Shown here: positions 12,197-24,884 of the stretch, piece after piece | Numbering within the stretch: the stretch's first letter is position 1 | How the letters are laid out: the number at the start of each line of letters is the position of its first letter | NCBI GenBank assembly: GCA_012026655.1 | Contig: JAAILG010000021.1 | Span: forward strand, 62,001 to 126,000 | DNA: 64,000 nt | Source: Hydrolagus affinis | Taxonomy: Eukaryota | Direction: 5' to 3' | Notes under the pieces: generated by a model | Database searches by the model: none | What the model was told of the DNA's origin: nothing | The model's input: the letters and a program-made list of their open reading frames with translations, nothing else | Program-made: the position numbers and the translations under genes

Positions 12197-13943
12197 ATGC
12201 CTAAAATATGGTTTGATTGATGACTACTCGCTCCTCCTCCCAAATCCTCTCCTCCCACCTCCATAATTATTTACATTGTGCCCAATGCTGTTACACAAAG
12301 CAAACAGTTTAAATACTTGAATACTTTCCTACAGGTTAACACATGTTGACATGTTTCTTGCTGAGAAAAGTGCCATTTTGGCACTAATGCATGGAACAGA
12401 TGCCATGCCACCAGCTGTTAGCAGTGCGAGAGATAACACTTAGCCTGGTAAGGTCGATAATGAGATCCATAAGTAATAAACTGCGTTATAAATTATGAAT
12501 CCGTATTGAACCTTCAGTTTACCTGCAGATCAAGACAGGCTATCGGCAGTGTGAGGAATGTAACAGTAGTACAAGTAAACAACTGAAGAATTGACAGGGT
12601 ACAGCCATTATCGCCATCTATAATTTGTGTCTAACAAACTCCAATGTTGCTTTTTGACACATTAACACAGATGACATGATTTACATTCTTAATGTACATT
12701 CATATAATCACATCTTAGTGTTAGCCTCTGATGGCCTATTTCCATGAATTGTTCACTAATAAGAAATGTATTGTTGCCTGCTATATGTTTCAAGTGTTTA
12801 GATATGGTCTCTCAGTGATTATTATCCAACTGTGGTACATTGCTTACCACATTTCAGCCAAAGATCAGAACATCTTTCAGAATCTAGCATACAATTCTGA
12901 AATCTAGCCTATAACAAACTGGTTTGATGCCTGAAAATATTGGTTGTTTTATCCATGGCTTTAATACAAATCAGCTAGTTACTAAACTAACTGCCCAATT
13001 ATTGCCATAGTTTTACAAGTAAACACTCGATAACGATTGGCTTCATCCCCACGCTAGAAAGCCATTGAAAAATGTCACTCCAATCTTGATTTATGAAATA
13101 ACAACAGCTGCATGTGTATGTGACACCTAACAACGAATGATCCTATTGATGAACTAGATCGGCTTTGCCTCTCCTTTGTCATGATGTAAACGTGCTGCTA
13201 CAAGAAATACTAGTAACTGTCATCACAAGTGACTTCCCTCCCTCCCTCTCTCGAAGCAGTAAACAAATGCCCACTTCATGGGCCCGTGCATAATTAGACT
13301 AGTTTAGTTTTTTTTCCATCAATTTTTCATTGATGTGATTCTCATCAATAGAGATACATCACGGTTTTGCCTCCTGATTTGTGACCTTAAAATCACTTGC
13401 TTGCACCGCAGCCAAAGAACTTTAGCTCTTGCCTTGTGAAAACGCTTACTGCTGTCTAGCAGCCTTTGCTGATACATTTAAATCATTGAGATAGATATGG
13501 CTGGTTTGTCAAGATGCTCTGGCTTTGGATCTTGGTTTCCGCTGAAACCCATGTGATCTGCAAACCTTTCGATCACAGGCCAGTGACTTGTGGGCTAATT
13601 CAATCTGAAGTAGACAAGGCAAAACACACAGCATAACAGATGTATGATTCGATTCCTAGCGTGCATGTGGTTCATTAGTTGAGTATTGCTCTAAGCAATC
13701 AAAGCTAGTAATAACTGGGTCTGTACGTGCAAAGAACATATGTTTATCCAGAGTCATTAAGCAGAAACTATCAGGATATTTTAACATGAATAGTGGGATT
13801 TAAGTACATTGTGGATCCAAACAAATCAAAATTCAAAAAATTACCCAAAGTCAATAATCAACTCTGCATTTTCAACAATTTTGGAACGGGGAGAACGGGG
13901 CAGCTTGCTGAAGATCCTTATTGTGAAGTTACATGTGGCATAT

Positions 13944-14376
13944 AATAATAAGCCCAAAATTGAAATAGCGCCCTGCACATCAGGAGGACATCTCAAAGTA
14001 CTTAGAAGAATGTATAAAAGTGGAGTATAGTAAAAGCCCGTTTATCCAGCACCCGATCAACCGTAACTTCCGTATAACCTGCATTGCAAAAATAAAGTCT
14101 GCATTCGATTAACCGGAATTTATCCGGAAAAATGCATTTTTTTTTAAATTGCATTTTCGGCTGAATATCCGGCATGCGCTTTAACCGGCATTGGCCAGGT
14201 CCTGAGGGTGCCGATAAACGGGCTTTCACTGTATTTGGTAGGTAAATATGGGACGCAATTTGCATACAGCAATGTTCCATAAACAGCCAATAAAGTGAAT
14301 AACCAATTTGATCTGGGGGATTGTTGGTCAGGACACCGGGAGAAACTCCCTTCTCTTTTCGTATAGTGTAGAGATC
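13944..14376 (-). mobile_element. Old Deu-SINE interrupted by a Tigger MITE
   Basis: Tail atagcgccc…caggaggacatctcaaag on the left of the MITE; gcaatttgcatacagcaatg…caggacaccgggagaaactccc on the right. Confidence 0.75.
14028..14231. mobile_element. Tigger/pogo (Tc1-mariner) MITE, ~204 bp
   Basis: TIRs (t)agtaaaagcccgtttatccagcaccc / gggtgccgataaacgggctttcactg; TA on both sides. Confidence 0.9.
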
Positions 14377-14771
14377 CGAGTGTGATACAAACTGAGCAAG
14401 GCTTACACATATATGCGGTCCAGCACAGCAGAGAATGCAACTCTGTTAAGATGTGTAAGGGGCAGGGGCAGTCCTGCGGCTGCCTGATAATATTTTATTC
14501 GAAACTCTTCATAGAATCGACACGGAAGAGATATAATCTAATTTACTTTCTGAAATTGCTGCAGGACTCTGCTCACAAAACAGATGTCCAAAGCATGCAA
14601 ATCTAGGGAACCAGATATGTGTTTAGTTGCATTTTTTATTAAAAAACAAATCAGAAGACTATGTCTGTAAGTGTCACTGCAGAGTCCACTCTACACAGAG
14701 TACAATCGCACTAGTTTATACAGAGTACAATCGCCTTCCCCCTGTAATTATCTATAGTCTGACCCCTTTGC

Positions 14772-14878
14772 ACCACAAAATATACAATCAATTCACTGTG
14801 CAGTATATTCTGTGAAGCACTTTGAGATGTCTTGAAGACGTGATAAGGCGCTATATGAAATGCAAGGATTATTATAAT
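14772..14878 (+). mobile_element. Young Deu-SINE 3' fragment
   Basis: cagtatattctgtgaagcactttgagatgtcttgaagacgtgataaggcgctat…caaggattatt. Confidence 0.8.
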
Positions 14879-17510
14879 TCCCCCCTGCACAGTATCTAAG
14901 GTCTGACCTTTTCCCCCTGATCTGTTAACCCCCTGCTTATATTTTCATATCATACAAGCTCTATAGTCAAGAATCGTGTTCTATACTTAGTTTCAAATTT
15001 ACACCCAAATTTTAAATGAGTTTTATTTTTTACAGCTAGTGCAGATTAGCTGCTGTTTGTATAACATTCACTTCATTTCTAAATTCCAGGTAATTATATT
15101 TTGCAAAATATTACAGTAAACTTCTGATAACTTAATTTGTCACTGCCACTAAAGCCACCATGCCATGGAAGAATCAAAAAAGCATCATATTCTGAACCAC
15201 CAGATGAAAGGTTACTGTAAGCAAGTATAACTTGGATATAGCAATAAAGCACAATTTTATAAACACACAAACAAACACATAGCTGGTCTTATGCACATTG
15301 TCACATTCACTTGGTGAAAACTCAGGTAATCCATATCTTCCAAGTAGCCATTTTTACATAAAATCAAGAGCTGGGGGAAATTAAGCTAATATACATACTG
15401 TACACAGGAATCTAATCAGTTTTTTTCCCCCAGAGTCGTACAATGAAGTGAATCTTCATTAGTGAATCTTCATAAAGATTTATCTTCCAGATAAACCATT
15501 CAACCATGATCTCTAACCAGCAAGCCTGCCTTAGAGTCAAGTTACTCTGCATAAATAAGAATTGATCTAAGTTACATTAATGCTTCATGGCATCATGACA
15601 AGATGATGATACACAGTTCTCCACCATCACCATTACCCTAGAACTATTTCCCCAAGACGTTTTCTTAAAAGAAACCTTATGACCATTCAGCACTGCTGGA
15701 TGCTTCTTTACAATAGGCATGAGGCATGTTATCTGTGTATTGACACATGGAAATCTGAGTGCTCCTCACAAGGCCTGCATTCTCCATTAAAAGCTTTAGG
15801 CTTAGAACAACAACACAACACACACTGTATGTAGCTCAAGAGTGACACATTTGGAGTCAGTCATGCAGAGAGACATGAGGCAATAGGCCACATTCTTGAA
15901 AGAGGACCGATCAATGAATAAAGAAAAAAAAACCTTTTTAAAGGTTATAAGAGCAATAAATGTTACATGCTGAAGGGCTTTTATTATCAAAAGGAACACT
16001 TGAAGCAGGCGTACAGGCAAACATTTTTCAAATGCAAAGGTCAGCTTTTTCCTCAAAACAGAATGTTTGCTGCCTTTTCAAACTTGTTTTTCAATATGTT
16101 CTCCAGTCCTTTTTTTTTGCAGTGGCTGGACATTTATCAGCTAAGTGGCCATTGTTCAAGTGTGAGCACAGATGGCAAGTATTGAGGAGATCACAGCATC
16201 AGCATCTGAGCCTGTTCTTCTGTTCTTACCCAATAACCCCAACACTTGTGTATTCAATTAGCATCACTGGATATTAGTAAGCAGCTAGAACCCTCACCAC
16301 CATGGTTTGGCCACAGACCTATTGAGGTGATTCACATTCATACCACAGACCTGTGGTATCTGTGCCGGTCAGGTATTGCTGAGAAAACCATTAGATTCCC
16401 TGCAGCAATTTTATTCTAAATTGACTCTCTAGTGCAGCTGGAAAGAACACTGTCCTTTAGGTTTGCCAATAAAGTAAGGTCTGGTTTGCCTAATCAAGAG
16501 CCTATGATCCTATGTGAAAAGACAATAGTTTCTCTTGATGTCCTGATCTGACCAAATAAAATGGGTTTAACTCACAACTTTGCTGTGTGTAAATTGACTG
16601 CCATATTTGTCTATAAATACACAGCCATTACATTTGGCAATAGTGTGAAACACTATGAGATGTTTTTACATTTTTGGCACAAAATCAAACACAAATCAAA
16701 ATCAAACACATCTTAGTTCCCCTTAACTGTTACATCAATAGAAGACCCTAACTCTAACCCTAATCCAATTGAAGATAAAAGACCAACCACCTATAATACA
16801 AGCAAATGTTGGTCAGGGTTGAATCTGGAAGGTATGAAAAGTGAAAGTTCCTCTTTATAAGCTTTCAGAGATGTTATATTAACTTGTCTGAGTCCTGGTA
16901 ACATATTGCCCATCTCTCAGATTGCAACTGTGCTGCCAAGTCCAGCTCCAGTTGTCAGACACTGATGGATGAAGGGAAACAAAGGTGAAACCTCTGAGGA
17001 GAGATGAGACAAACTAATCTAGCCACATGACAAATATCACTAGGCATTTTAGTCATTCCCAAAGTCAACATTCTTATGATTTACTATCCCCCAAATTCAA
17101 AAATATTACATGTGTGTATAAGGCAGAAAGTTGCAGACAAGACATATTTCATGATAGATTTAACTATGAAAGTGGAAGATAGGCAGATTTCAACAATCTA
17201 ACTCCAGGCCACTTATTCCAATTTAGATTTTGTGAGAATTTAAATAACATTGCTCAAGCAGTCCTTCGGGGGTTGGGGGGGGAGGTTGGCAAATGCGCAT
17301 GTTGAACCCCAGTATATGTCAGGGTTTCTAGACTGAAAGGATCCACTTGATTGATGTACATGGCAGCTCCATTTCAACAGCTGAAATTATGTTGAGTGGG
17401 AACAGATATCTTTCCCGGGTGTGGAGAAACCCAGCAGAACACGACAACCAAACGCTGAGCTGCTCACAGCATTTTTCCTTTGCACTAATTTCAAATGAGA
17501 TGCTGCCACT

Positions 17511-17848
17511 TAATAATAATAATAATCCTTTCATTTGATATAGCGCTTTTCACATCTTATCGACGTCCCAAAGCGCTTCACAGAATATACTGTGAAGTGA
17601 ATTGACTGTATATTTGTGGGCAAATTGCGGCAGCCAATTGCGCACAGCAGTGTCCCACAAACAGTCGTGGATTGAAATGACCAATTTTATTATTTGTTTT
17701 TTGGGGATAGATTATTATTAGGCGTGTGGAGTAAGGAAACTTGCCCAAGGTTTAGCCCTGACCTGCCTGGATTCGAATACAGGTCTCCCCAGCTTGGTCT
17801 TCCCAGCTTGCAAGACAAGTGCTCTAACCACTAAGCCACAGGAGCTCC
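17511..17848 (-). mobile_element. Young Deu-SINE, full length, subfamily with a 14-bp head duplication; TSD CACTTA
   Basis: Complete head, core and tail; cactta at 17507 and 17848. Confidence 0.93.
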
Positions 17849-17891
17849 ACTTATGCACTTAACATGTGAATTTCTCTGTGTGTTTACTATT

Positions 17892-17947
17892 TTGGGAAGT
17901 CCTCCTGATGGGAAAGGCTCAATACAAATATAATGTTTTTGTTGTTG
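17892..17947 (+). mobile_element. L2 3'-tail-only fragment
   Basis: ttgggaagtcctcctgatgggaaaggctcaatacaaata…(ttg)n. Confidence 0.65.
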
Positions 17948-19892
17948 TATACTGTATTATTCCAGATTCTTAAAAATGTTGAATTTGCAAGGCTCAAAAT
18001 TAAAGCGACTTGAGAGCTAATTGGTCCCAGTTCAAAAACAATGGTTCTCAGAATGCCTCTTTCGGTTAGAACTCATAAATTTTTTTACAATGCACAATTA
18101 GTTCCCCAAAAAATATCTACTAAACATTACTGTTCCCAGATGCCTCAAGTAGCTCCCATCTGAACAACTTTGAGCTTGTTTCATGCCAAAACAAATCAAA
18201 ATTCAAACCTTAAGAATACATTTTAATGCCAGTGAAGCATCTTCCCAAATCCAGTTTATAAGTACCAGGAAAAATGACTTGTTCTTTCAGGTCCTTTGTT
18301 ACATTATACAGTACACAAATTATATAGTACACAAGTACTTTCTGCACAAGTCAATTTGCCAGAGATGTTGATGATCTGTGCAATGACAATCACAAGAGTC
18401 ACATGGTGTATTCCATGAACCAAAATACCCCTCACAAGACTGTAAGCAATATAGCTTCCTCCAATCATGTGCACTGATTTTGCAAATGATATTAACTGCG
18501 AAGCCATGAGCACAAGAATGTCTATAAAACCACCCAGTTACTAAAGCTTGGCAAAACCTATGGTCGTTTGTCAGCTTACGACATACAGCACATTAACGTT
18601 CTTGGCCTACTTACAGTGCAGTTTGGAACTGTCAAAAACAAAGTCAATATTGTGGTATAATTTATTTACAGAGAATCTAAAAATACATCTTTCAGTTCTC
18701 CAGCATGACCCTCAGGTTTTCTTCATTTAATTTAAATAAGATGAAGATACGGATATTTTTCCCCCAACCGGAAGCAAAACGAGGACAGTTTCAGCCTCTG
18801 CTCACAGTTTCAATATATGATATTTATAAGCAATCAAATTGGGTGAAAGATAGGGTCAGAGATGTCCCAGCAATGCAACTCAAGAAGTCAAGTGTCATTA
18901 TTTTATATATATACAGTATAATATATACACATACGTTGTTTCATAATAAATTTGATGTGGTCAAATCCGTTACACATTTTCCATTCAATAGCATGTGATA
19001 TGCAGAGTGGTTAAAAACTAAACATGAAAATCACAGTGGGTTGCAGAGATGTTGCTCAGGGATAGCGATATACAGTGGTGCATTTTGGCAGGTCCATAAT
19101 CACGGTGATTATCATTCAGGAAGATGGCAAGCAGAGTGCGACTATCTCCCGCAGGGAGGGGGAAAAGAAATGGAGAGGTAGTGTTAGCCAAAGCACTCTA
19201 CTTCATAGCAAAGACCTTCCCACCTTTTCCGTTAGTAGATGGGAGTAGAAAAATGGCTTACGTAAATAGCTCAAATTGAACTCTAAGCAACCTCTTTTGG
19301 ATTATAATTTCTTCCCTACAAGATCAAGACCTCACACAAACATGGACATCAATCAGTAACCAGACATCAATTCTTGGATACCACCTCCTGCCAGCAACTA
19401 ACACAGCAAGGATCCTGTCGGGCTAATCTGCAATGCACAATAAGTATAAAAGCCTAACTGACCCTGAAAAGCACATTGCAAATTCAATGGAATAATACAT
19501 TGTCAAATATAATACAGTGATCATAGTCTCTAAAGCAGGAAAAAAAGCAATTTTCTTTTCTTCAGAGGAGGCTTTGGGAAGATAGGATCAGAAGCACAGA
19601 ATTGACACAACTGAAAACAGAAAAATCACTTGCCCCAGAAAGATCTTCAAACACAAACACTGAAAGCTGTGATCACACTTGACAATTATCTCCACAAAGA
19701 GTGAACCCATTGAATCTAAATAACTTAACCCCCTCAAAAGCCGAATGAGTAAAGACGCTGCACGTCCAGGGCTTTTGTGGCACAGTGAATGGTTCAGCCC
19801 TTAGGTAGCAAAGGAGAAAAATAAGTTAAAGTGCAAAACGATCTGTGTACAGTACCTTGAAAATAATAATACTGTAATAATAATGAGAAGAA

Positions 19893-20200
19893 CAATGTTT
19901 TCATTTTATACAGTGCCTTATCACATCTTCAAGACATCTAAAAGTGCTTCACAGGATATACTGTTATGTGAATTGACCGCACCAATTGTGCACAGCAGTG
20001 TACACAAACAGTCATGGATTGAGTGACCAACTAATTCTAATTTTGTTTTAAGGAATATTAACTCCAGAGAAGCAATCTGCCAATCAACCAACGACTGGTA
20101 CTTACTGCGAAGGAAACTTGCCTAAAGTTTCGCCCTGCCATCGAACCTGGATACTCTCACTTGCGAGACAAGTGCTCTAACTACTCAGCTACAGGACTCC
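19893..20200 (-). mobile_element. Deu-SINE, longer subfamily retaining the central segment
   Basis: Head agctacaggactcc; central ccagagaagcaatctgccaatc…ggtacttactgc; Deu core and tail. Confidence 0.85.
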
Positions 20201-20504
20201 ACAAATAAATATTGCACACACAAAAAATACCATGTCATGTTACAGTGACACAACCAATCTTCCTTATTTACAGCTCAGTCTGTTATGTGCCATAAATCAT
20301 GAGTGAAAAAAGTCAGCATGTCATGAAGGTCTAATATAGAGTGGAGACTACACTCAACACCACATACAACTCACAATCACTGACCTAATACTCATGATTA
20401 GTCAGTGCATATAAGTTCAGATACCTGGGGAATTCTGTCAATCAACTTTATTTAAGTTTTGCTACAATTTAAAAACAACATAGCAAGGCATCATATTCAA
20501 TGTG

Positions 20505-20826
20505 ATAATAATAATAATAATCTTTTTATTTGATATAGCGCTTTTCACGTCTTCTAGACATCTCAAACTGCTTCACAGAATATACTGTAAAGTGAATTGA
20601 CTGTATGTTTGTGGGCGAAACATGGCAGCCAATTGCGCACAGCAGCGTCCCACAAACAGTCATGGATTGAAATGACAAATTTTATTATTGTGTGTTTTTT
20701 GAAGGGATTATTATTAGGTGTGTGGAATAAGGAATTTGCCCACGGTTTCGCCCTGATCTGCCTGGATTCAAACATAGGTCTCAGGCTTGTAAGGTGAGTG
20801 CTCTAACCAGTGAGCTACAGGATTCC
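20505..20826 (-). mobile_element. Young Deu-SINE, full length
   Basis: (AAT)n tail, Deu core, tRNA head gtgctctaaccagtgagctacaggattcc. Confidence 0.92.
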
Positions 20827-22344
20827 ATAGAAGATGAGGTTTTCTAGTTCATGGATTCATTTGTTGCAGAAAACCAGTATTTTTGTGATCGCTGTGAGAG
20901 TTTTTTCCAAACTTAAAAGACTGAATAAGTTAACTTATGCTTTATAGCCATTTTAATACTGTTCTTTAACAAAACAGCTCGTAAATCTTTCCAATCAGTC
21001 AGTCTCTAAGATGTTGCTTCATTCCATAATCAGAAACATTTTCATCCTACTTAAATCAGACATTAGTATCTTCCATTACACTCCATTCATTGCACATTCT
21101 TCCTCATCACCTCCACCACCCACGCATTTAGTTGGTAGGAACACTTCAGCTGATCTTAAACGGACCACACCCAACAGCGAGAGCAATGATGCTCATTCGT
21201 GTGCTATCTTCAGAAATCATTCTTTGCATTTTAAAACTAGTTACGGAAAATTCTTTTTCCTGTATAAATTCTCGTCTGTCACAATTGCAGACTGGCAAAT
21301 GGACTGTGGAATACAGTGGAAACTAACTGATGCTATTACATTGCAACCTGGCTTACTCATTGCATCATCAGATAATGCTTAGTGAATTACAGATTTTTAA
21401 AATACAGTAATACACTTTTATAAAAAGAATTGTGCATCCTGGGCATTCCCTTGAGTCTATATCAACAAAGCTCCTCCACATAGAGTTGTTATTAGCTTTA
21501 TGCAACAATTCCTTGCAACAAGACCAGGGTATTTTAGGGCATTTAAAGCTCTCTCTATAGGTTTATCTGGACCTAAAATTTACTTGAATTACAATCTGTT
21601 CATGATTACTGTTCATCTGTGATTATGAACAACAACCATACATTTGAAAGTGGACAAGCTTTTTCTAAATGCCACATATAATTACTGCAATACAAGAGTG
21701 TTATATAAGATTTTTGCTTTTTTTTCACATTCGCTATCATAATTGGTTGAACCCTGTTGAACTATATAGCCTGGATTTCCTTTTACTATTGGTTGAATTA
21801 TCCTAGGCACTGCACTCAAGAACACTTTCACTGTGGCGAGTGAGGCTGCCTGAATGGGGGAATCTGCTTGAAAGGTTCTAACTGCAGGCGGGTGGTTGGT
21901 GTCTGCTGCAAGAACTAAAGCCTCCATTTCCTCTCACCATCAAAATGCAACTTTGAAGAAAGACAGCCGACTTTCAATTCGCCTGCATTGCCTTTGTATC
22001 GACACATGCGGTGATCAATGAATCAACAAAATGGCCTTTTATGAAAAACAAATTGCACAGAAAGCTCATTGAATTACAATGTGAGTGAAAAAGCCAAAAG
22101 AATGTGCTGGTTGATGATACTGCTGAACAACAGAACAAAAGTAGCTTCTTTAATACATTAAATAAAAAGCATTTGGAACTAGTTTGGCTCAATTTTAATA
22201 CGTATGTATAAATATTCCTGGCAGATCAATATTCTACAAACAAGCCCACTTTAAGATCAAAGTTGAACATTCATTTAAAGCTATGAATAGATGAACAAAT
22301 TCTAGATACTTGGCGTTCTTAAGGAAAACACATCACAATAATCA

Positions 22345-22864
22345 TGATGGCACAGTTCTGTGGAACCATCTGTGAAAATAGGAGCTAAGGCAAAATATCA
22401 AACGCACGAAAATAATGAACATGTAAATATCCAAACTTCTAACCAAAATGTTTCGTGAGCAACTTATTTTAAGAGTGGATGTGTAACCAGTTTAAATTGG
22501 GCTGCAAAGATGGAGGTTTTAAGGCTACAATTTCTCAATTGAACGCTACTATTTCGCAGAGCAGCTGGTTGGAATGAGCATAAATTCATTATCATTATTG
22601 ACTAATGATAAAACAGCAGCGCTGATAAACATAGCCATTGTTCCACATAGAGTTAGCAGTAATTTTGTGATGAGAAGAAATAAACGCTTTAATACCTACT
22701 GCAGGTTAACCAACTACAATTTAAACCTTTCTTTGGTTTGATGCCAGTGAAAGACCTGCTTGAGAGCAGTATCTTTGTTAATTTGACCAATAATAAAAGA
22801 AAATTCAAGCAATATAGTTCAGCGGCTTTATAAACATGGGTGGTTCCACAGAACTGTGCCATTA
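22345..22864. repeat. Inverted repeat pair (22 bp perfect, 30 bp with G-U pairs) ~460 bp apart
   Basis: atggcacagttctgtggaacca (22347-22368) is the exact reverse complement of tggttccacagaactgtgccat (22841-22862). Confidence 0.85.
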
Positions 22865-24329
22865 CTAAGTTTCAGCCCGATCATGTCCAGACTGGTTGTT
22901 TAATTCGCTCTGCCAAACGTTGAATGGAAACTTGGCAGTGAGGTTGATTGCTGATCTAAAGATCAAAAACCTATCTTTGAATGTACACTAGTTTAATCTC
23001 CATACATTTAAGTCCTCGAGGGTAAACTCACAAGTCAAATCAGGTGACATTTTCCTACTTAAATACTGCACAAAGGCCTCAACTCAGAGATCATGCATTC
23101 TCAATCCAAGTTTGGGATTTGATTATGTCATCCTCCCAATGTGAAAGGCACTATGCAATTATAATTTTATTTTTGTAACCAAAGATAAATTTAACAGGTT
23201 GGTGCTGCTGCTGACAGTACAGCCAGCCTGGCTCATCAACAGGATCTGGAATGGTTGACCAGTCACTGGGAGCAGGAAGTCATCAGACTCTGCTCCTGTT
23301 AACCCTGCAAGCAAAAGCCCTAATGGGTGGTCCTAGCTAGACAAGAAGTGGGAAAGCTTGCCAGACAGCAATATCAATGGTAAGCTATGCAGTTTTAGCT
23401 ACTAGACTCCAGCAGTACTCCGAACACACACTGTGGGTCCCCAAGCCTTGGCTCTTGCCAACCTGCTCCTAAATTAGAATTTCTAGAATTAGGTAAACAG
23501 GATGCATCACTACAGTGAAAGGGTGTGCGTACCATTTCAACAATATATCTCTGAGATTTCCATGTGAAGGTGGGATAAATGGAAATCTCAACTTGGTTTG
23601 GATATTCAGGGTGATGGGCTTCCGCATGTGACAGACACCCAGCTGACCAAGACAAAGTACAATTTCACTGCATCCAAACTTTCCACTTGATACCATGAGA
23701 AAGATGGCACATGATGAGCAAGGTATTTGGAGAATAAAATCTCCTTAATATCTTTAGAATTATGACACAGTAGTATCCACTCCTGAAAAGAGTATATTTG
23801 TGGTTTCATGTCAAGACTTGACTTGTGCAATAACATTCAGCAAACCTAATGGCTGACAGTCAAAGAAATTCTGTATCAACATGCCTTTGTGACATCACTT
23901 GCCTTTGGAAGTAGCATTGTTCTAAGAATAAATCCAGAAATGAATTGAATGTCGTCAAACAAAATTCTGCCAGCTATACATTTTTCCATGTACAAGTACA
24001 CTAATTCTTCTGATTAAGATATGATATTGTCCTCACAGTATCTTCTAGTGATTTGGACAAAAGACTTCAAGACTTTTTTCAGATATCTTGCAAAGAAACC
24101 AGCTTCTAAATTAAGACTTAATTGAAGACTTTTCCCACTATTCTGCACAACCTTCAGTTGGAAGATAAACCAATCTTAAATCCCAAGACTAGAATTCCAA
24201 GATCCCAAGGTATTTCTAATTTGCCAAAAACGTTCCTGCGAAGATCAGCATTTCTCAAAAGAATCAATGAGTTAATTCAATGATTCAATCTAAAGCAAAA
24301 TTATAGAACACTTCACAAGGGCAATTGAC

Positions 24330-24392
24330 AAACAACAACAACTTCGATTTATATCGCGCCCTCCATACCGGACAGCGTCTCAGAGCGCTTCG
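24330..24392 (-). mobile_element. Second L2 family tail-only fragment
   Basis: (aac)n-ttcgatttatatcgcgccctccataccggacagcgtctcagagcgcttc. Confidence 0.75.
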
Positions 24393-24674
24393 GAGCGCAA
24401 ACATTTCCAATATGGTGATTTTGAAGGAAGGACAACAACAACAACAAAATTATATTTATAGAGCAAGCACTTTTCACATAAGGGGAGATAGGAAAAGATG
24501 GAAGACAACCAGGAAACCTTTTTTTATTCTCACTACCTAACTATATTACCTAAAGGCTTAGGATCCCAAGATGTACAACACCACCAAGGATGTGAAAGGT
24601 ACCAGATTAAATTCGAAAATGTCAATAAGTGGTAAGGGGATGCCAAGATTTGAGTTTTAAAAGCATGTATATTA

Positions 24675-24884
24675 CAGTAAAAGTCTGTTTATCCGGCAAC
24701 CTCGGGACCTGGCCAATGCTGGTTAAAGCACATGCCAGATATTCGGCCAAAAACACCAACAAAAAAAATTATTTTTAAAAAATTGTGCAGGATAAATTCC
24801 GGTTAATTGAATGGGGACTTTTTTTGAGGTGCCGGTTATATGGAAATTATGGTTAATCGGGTCACGGATAAACGGTTTTTACTA
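24675..24884. mobile_element. Tigger/pogo MITE, ~210 bp, opposite orientation to the 14028 copy
   Basis: ta-cagtaaaagtctgtttatccggca … cggataaacggtttttact. Confidence 0.88.

Noticed and set aside
16745-16766. Telomere-like ccctaa-ctctaa-ccctaa
   Set aside because: Only three degenerate units, insufficient for an interstitial telomeric repeat.
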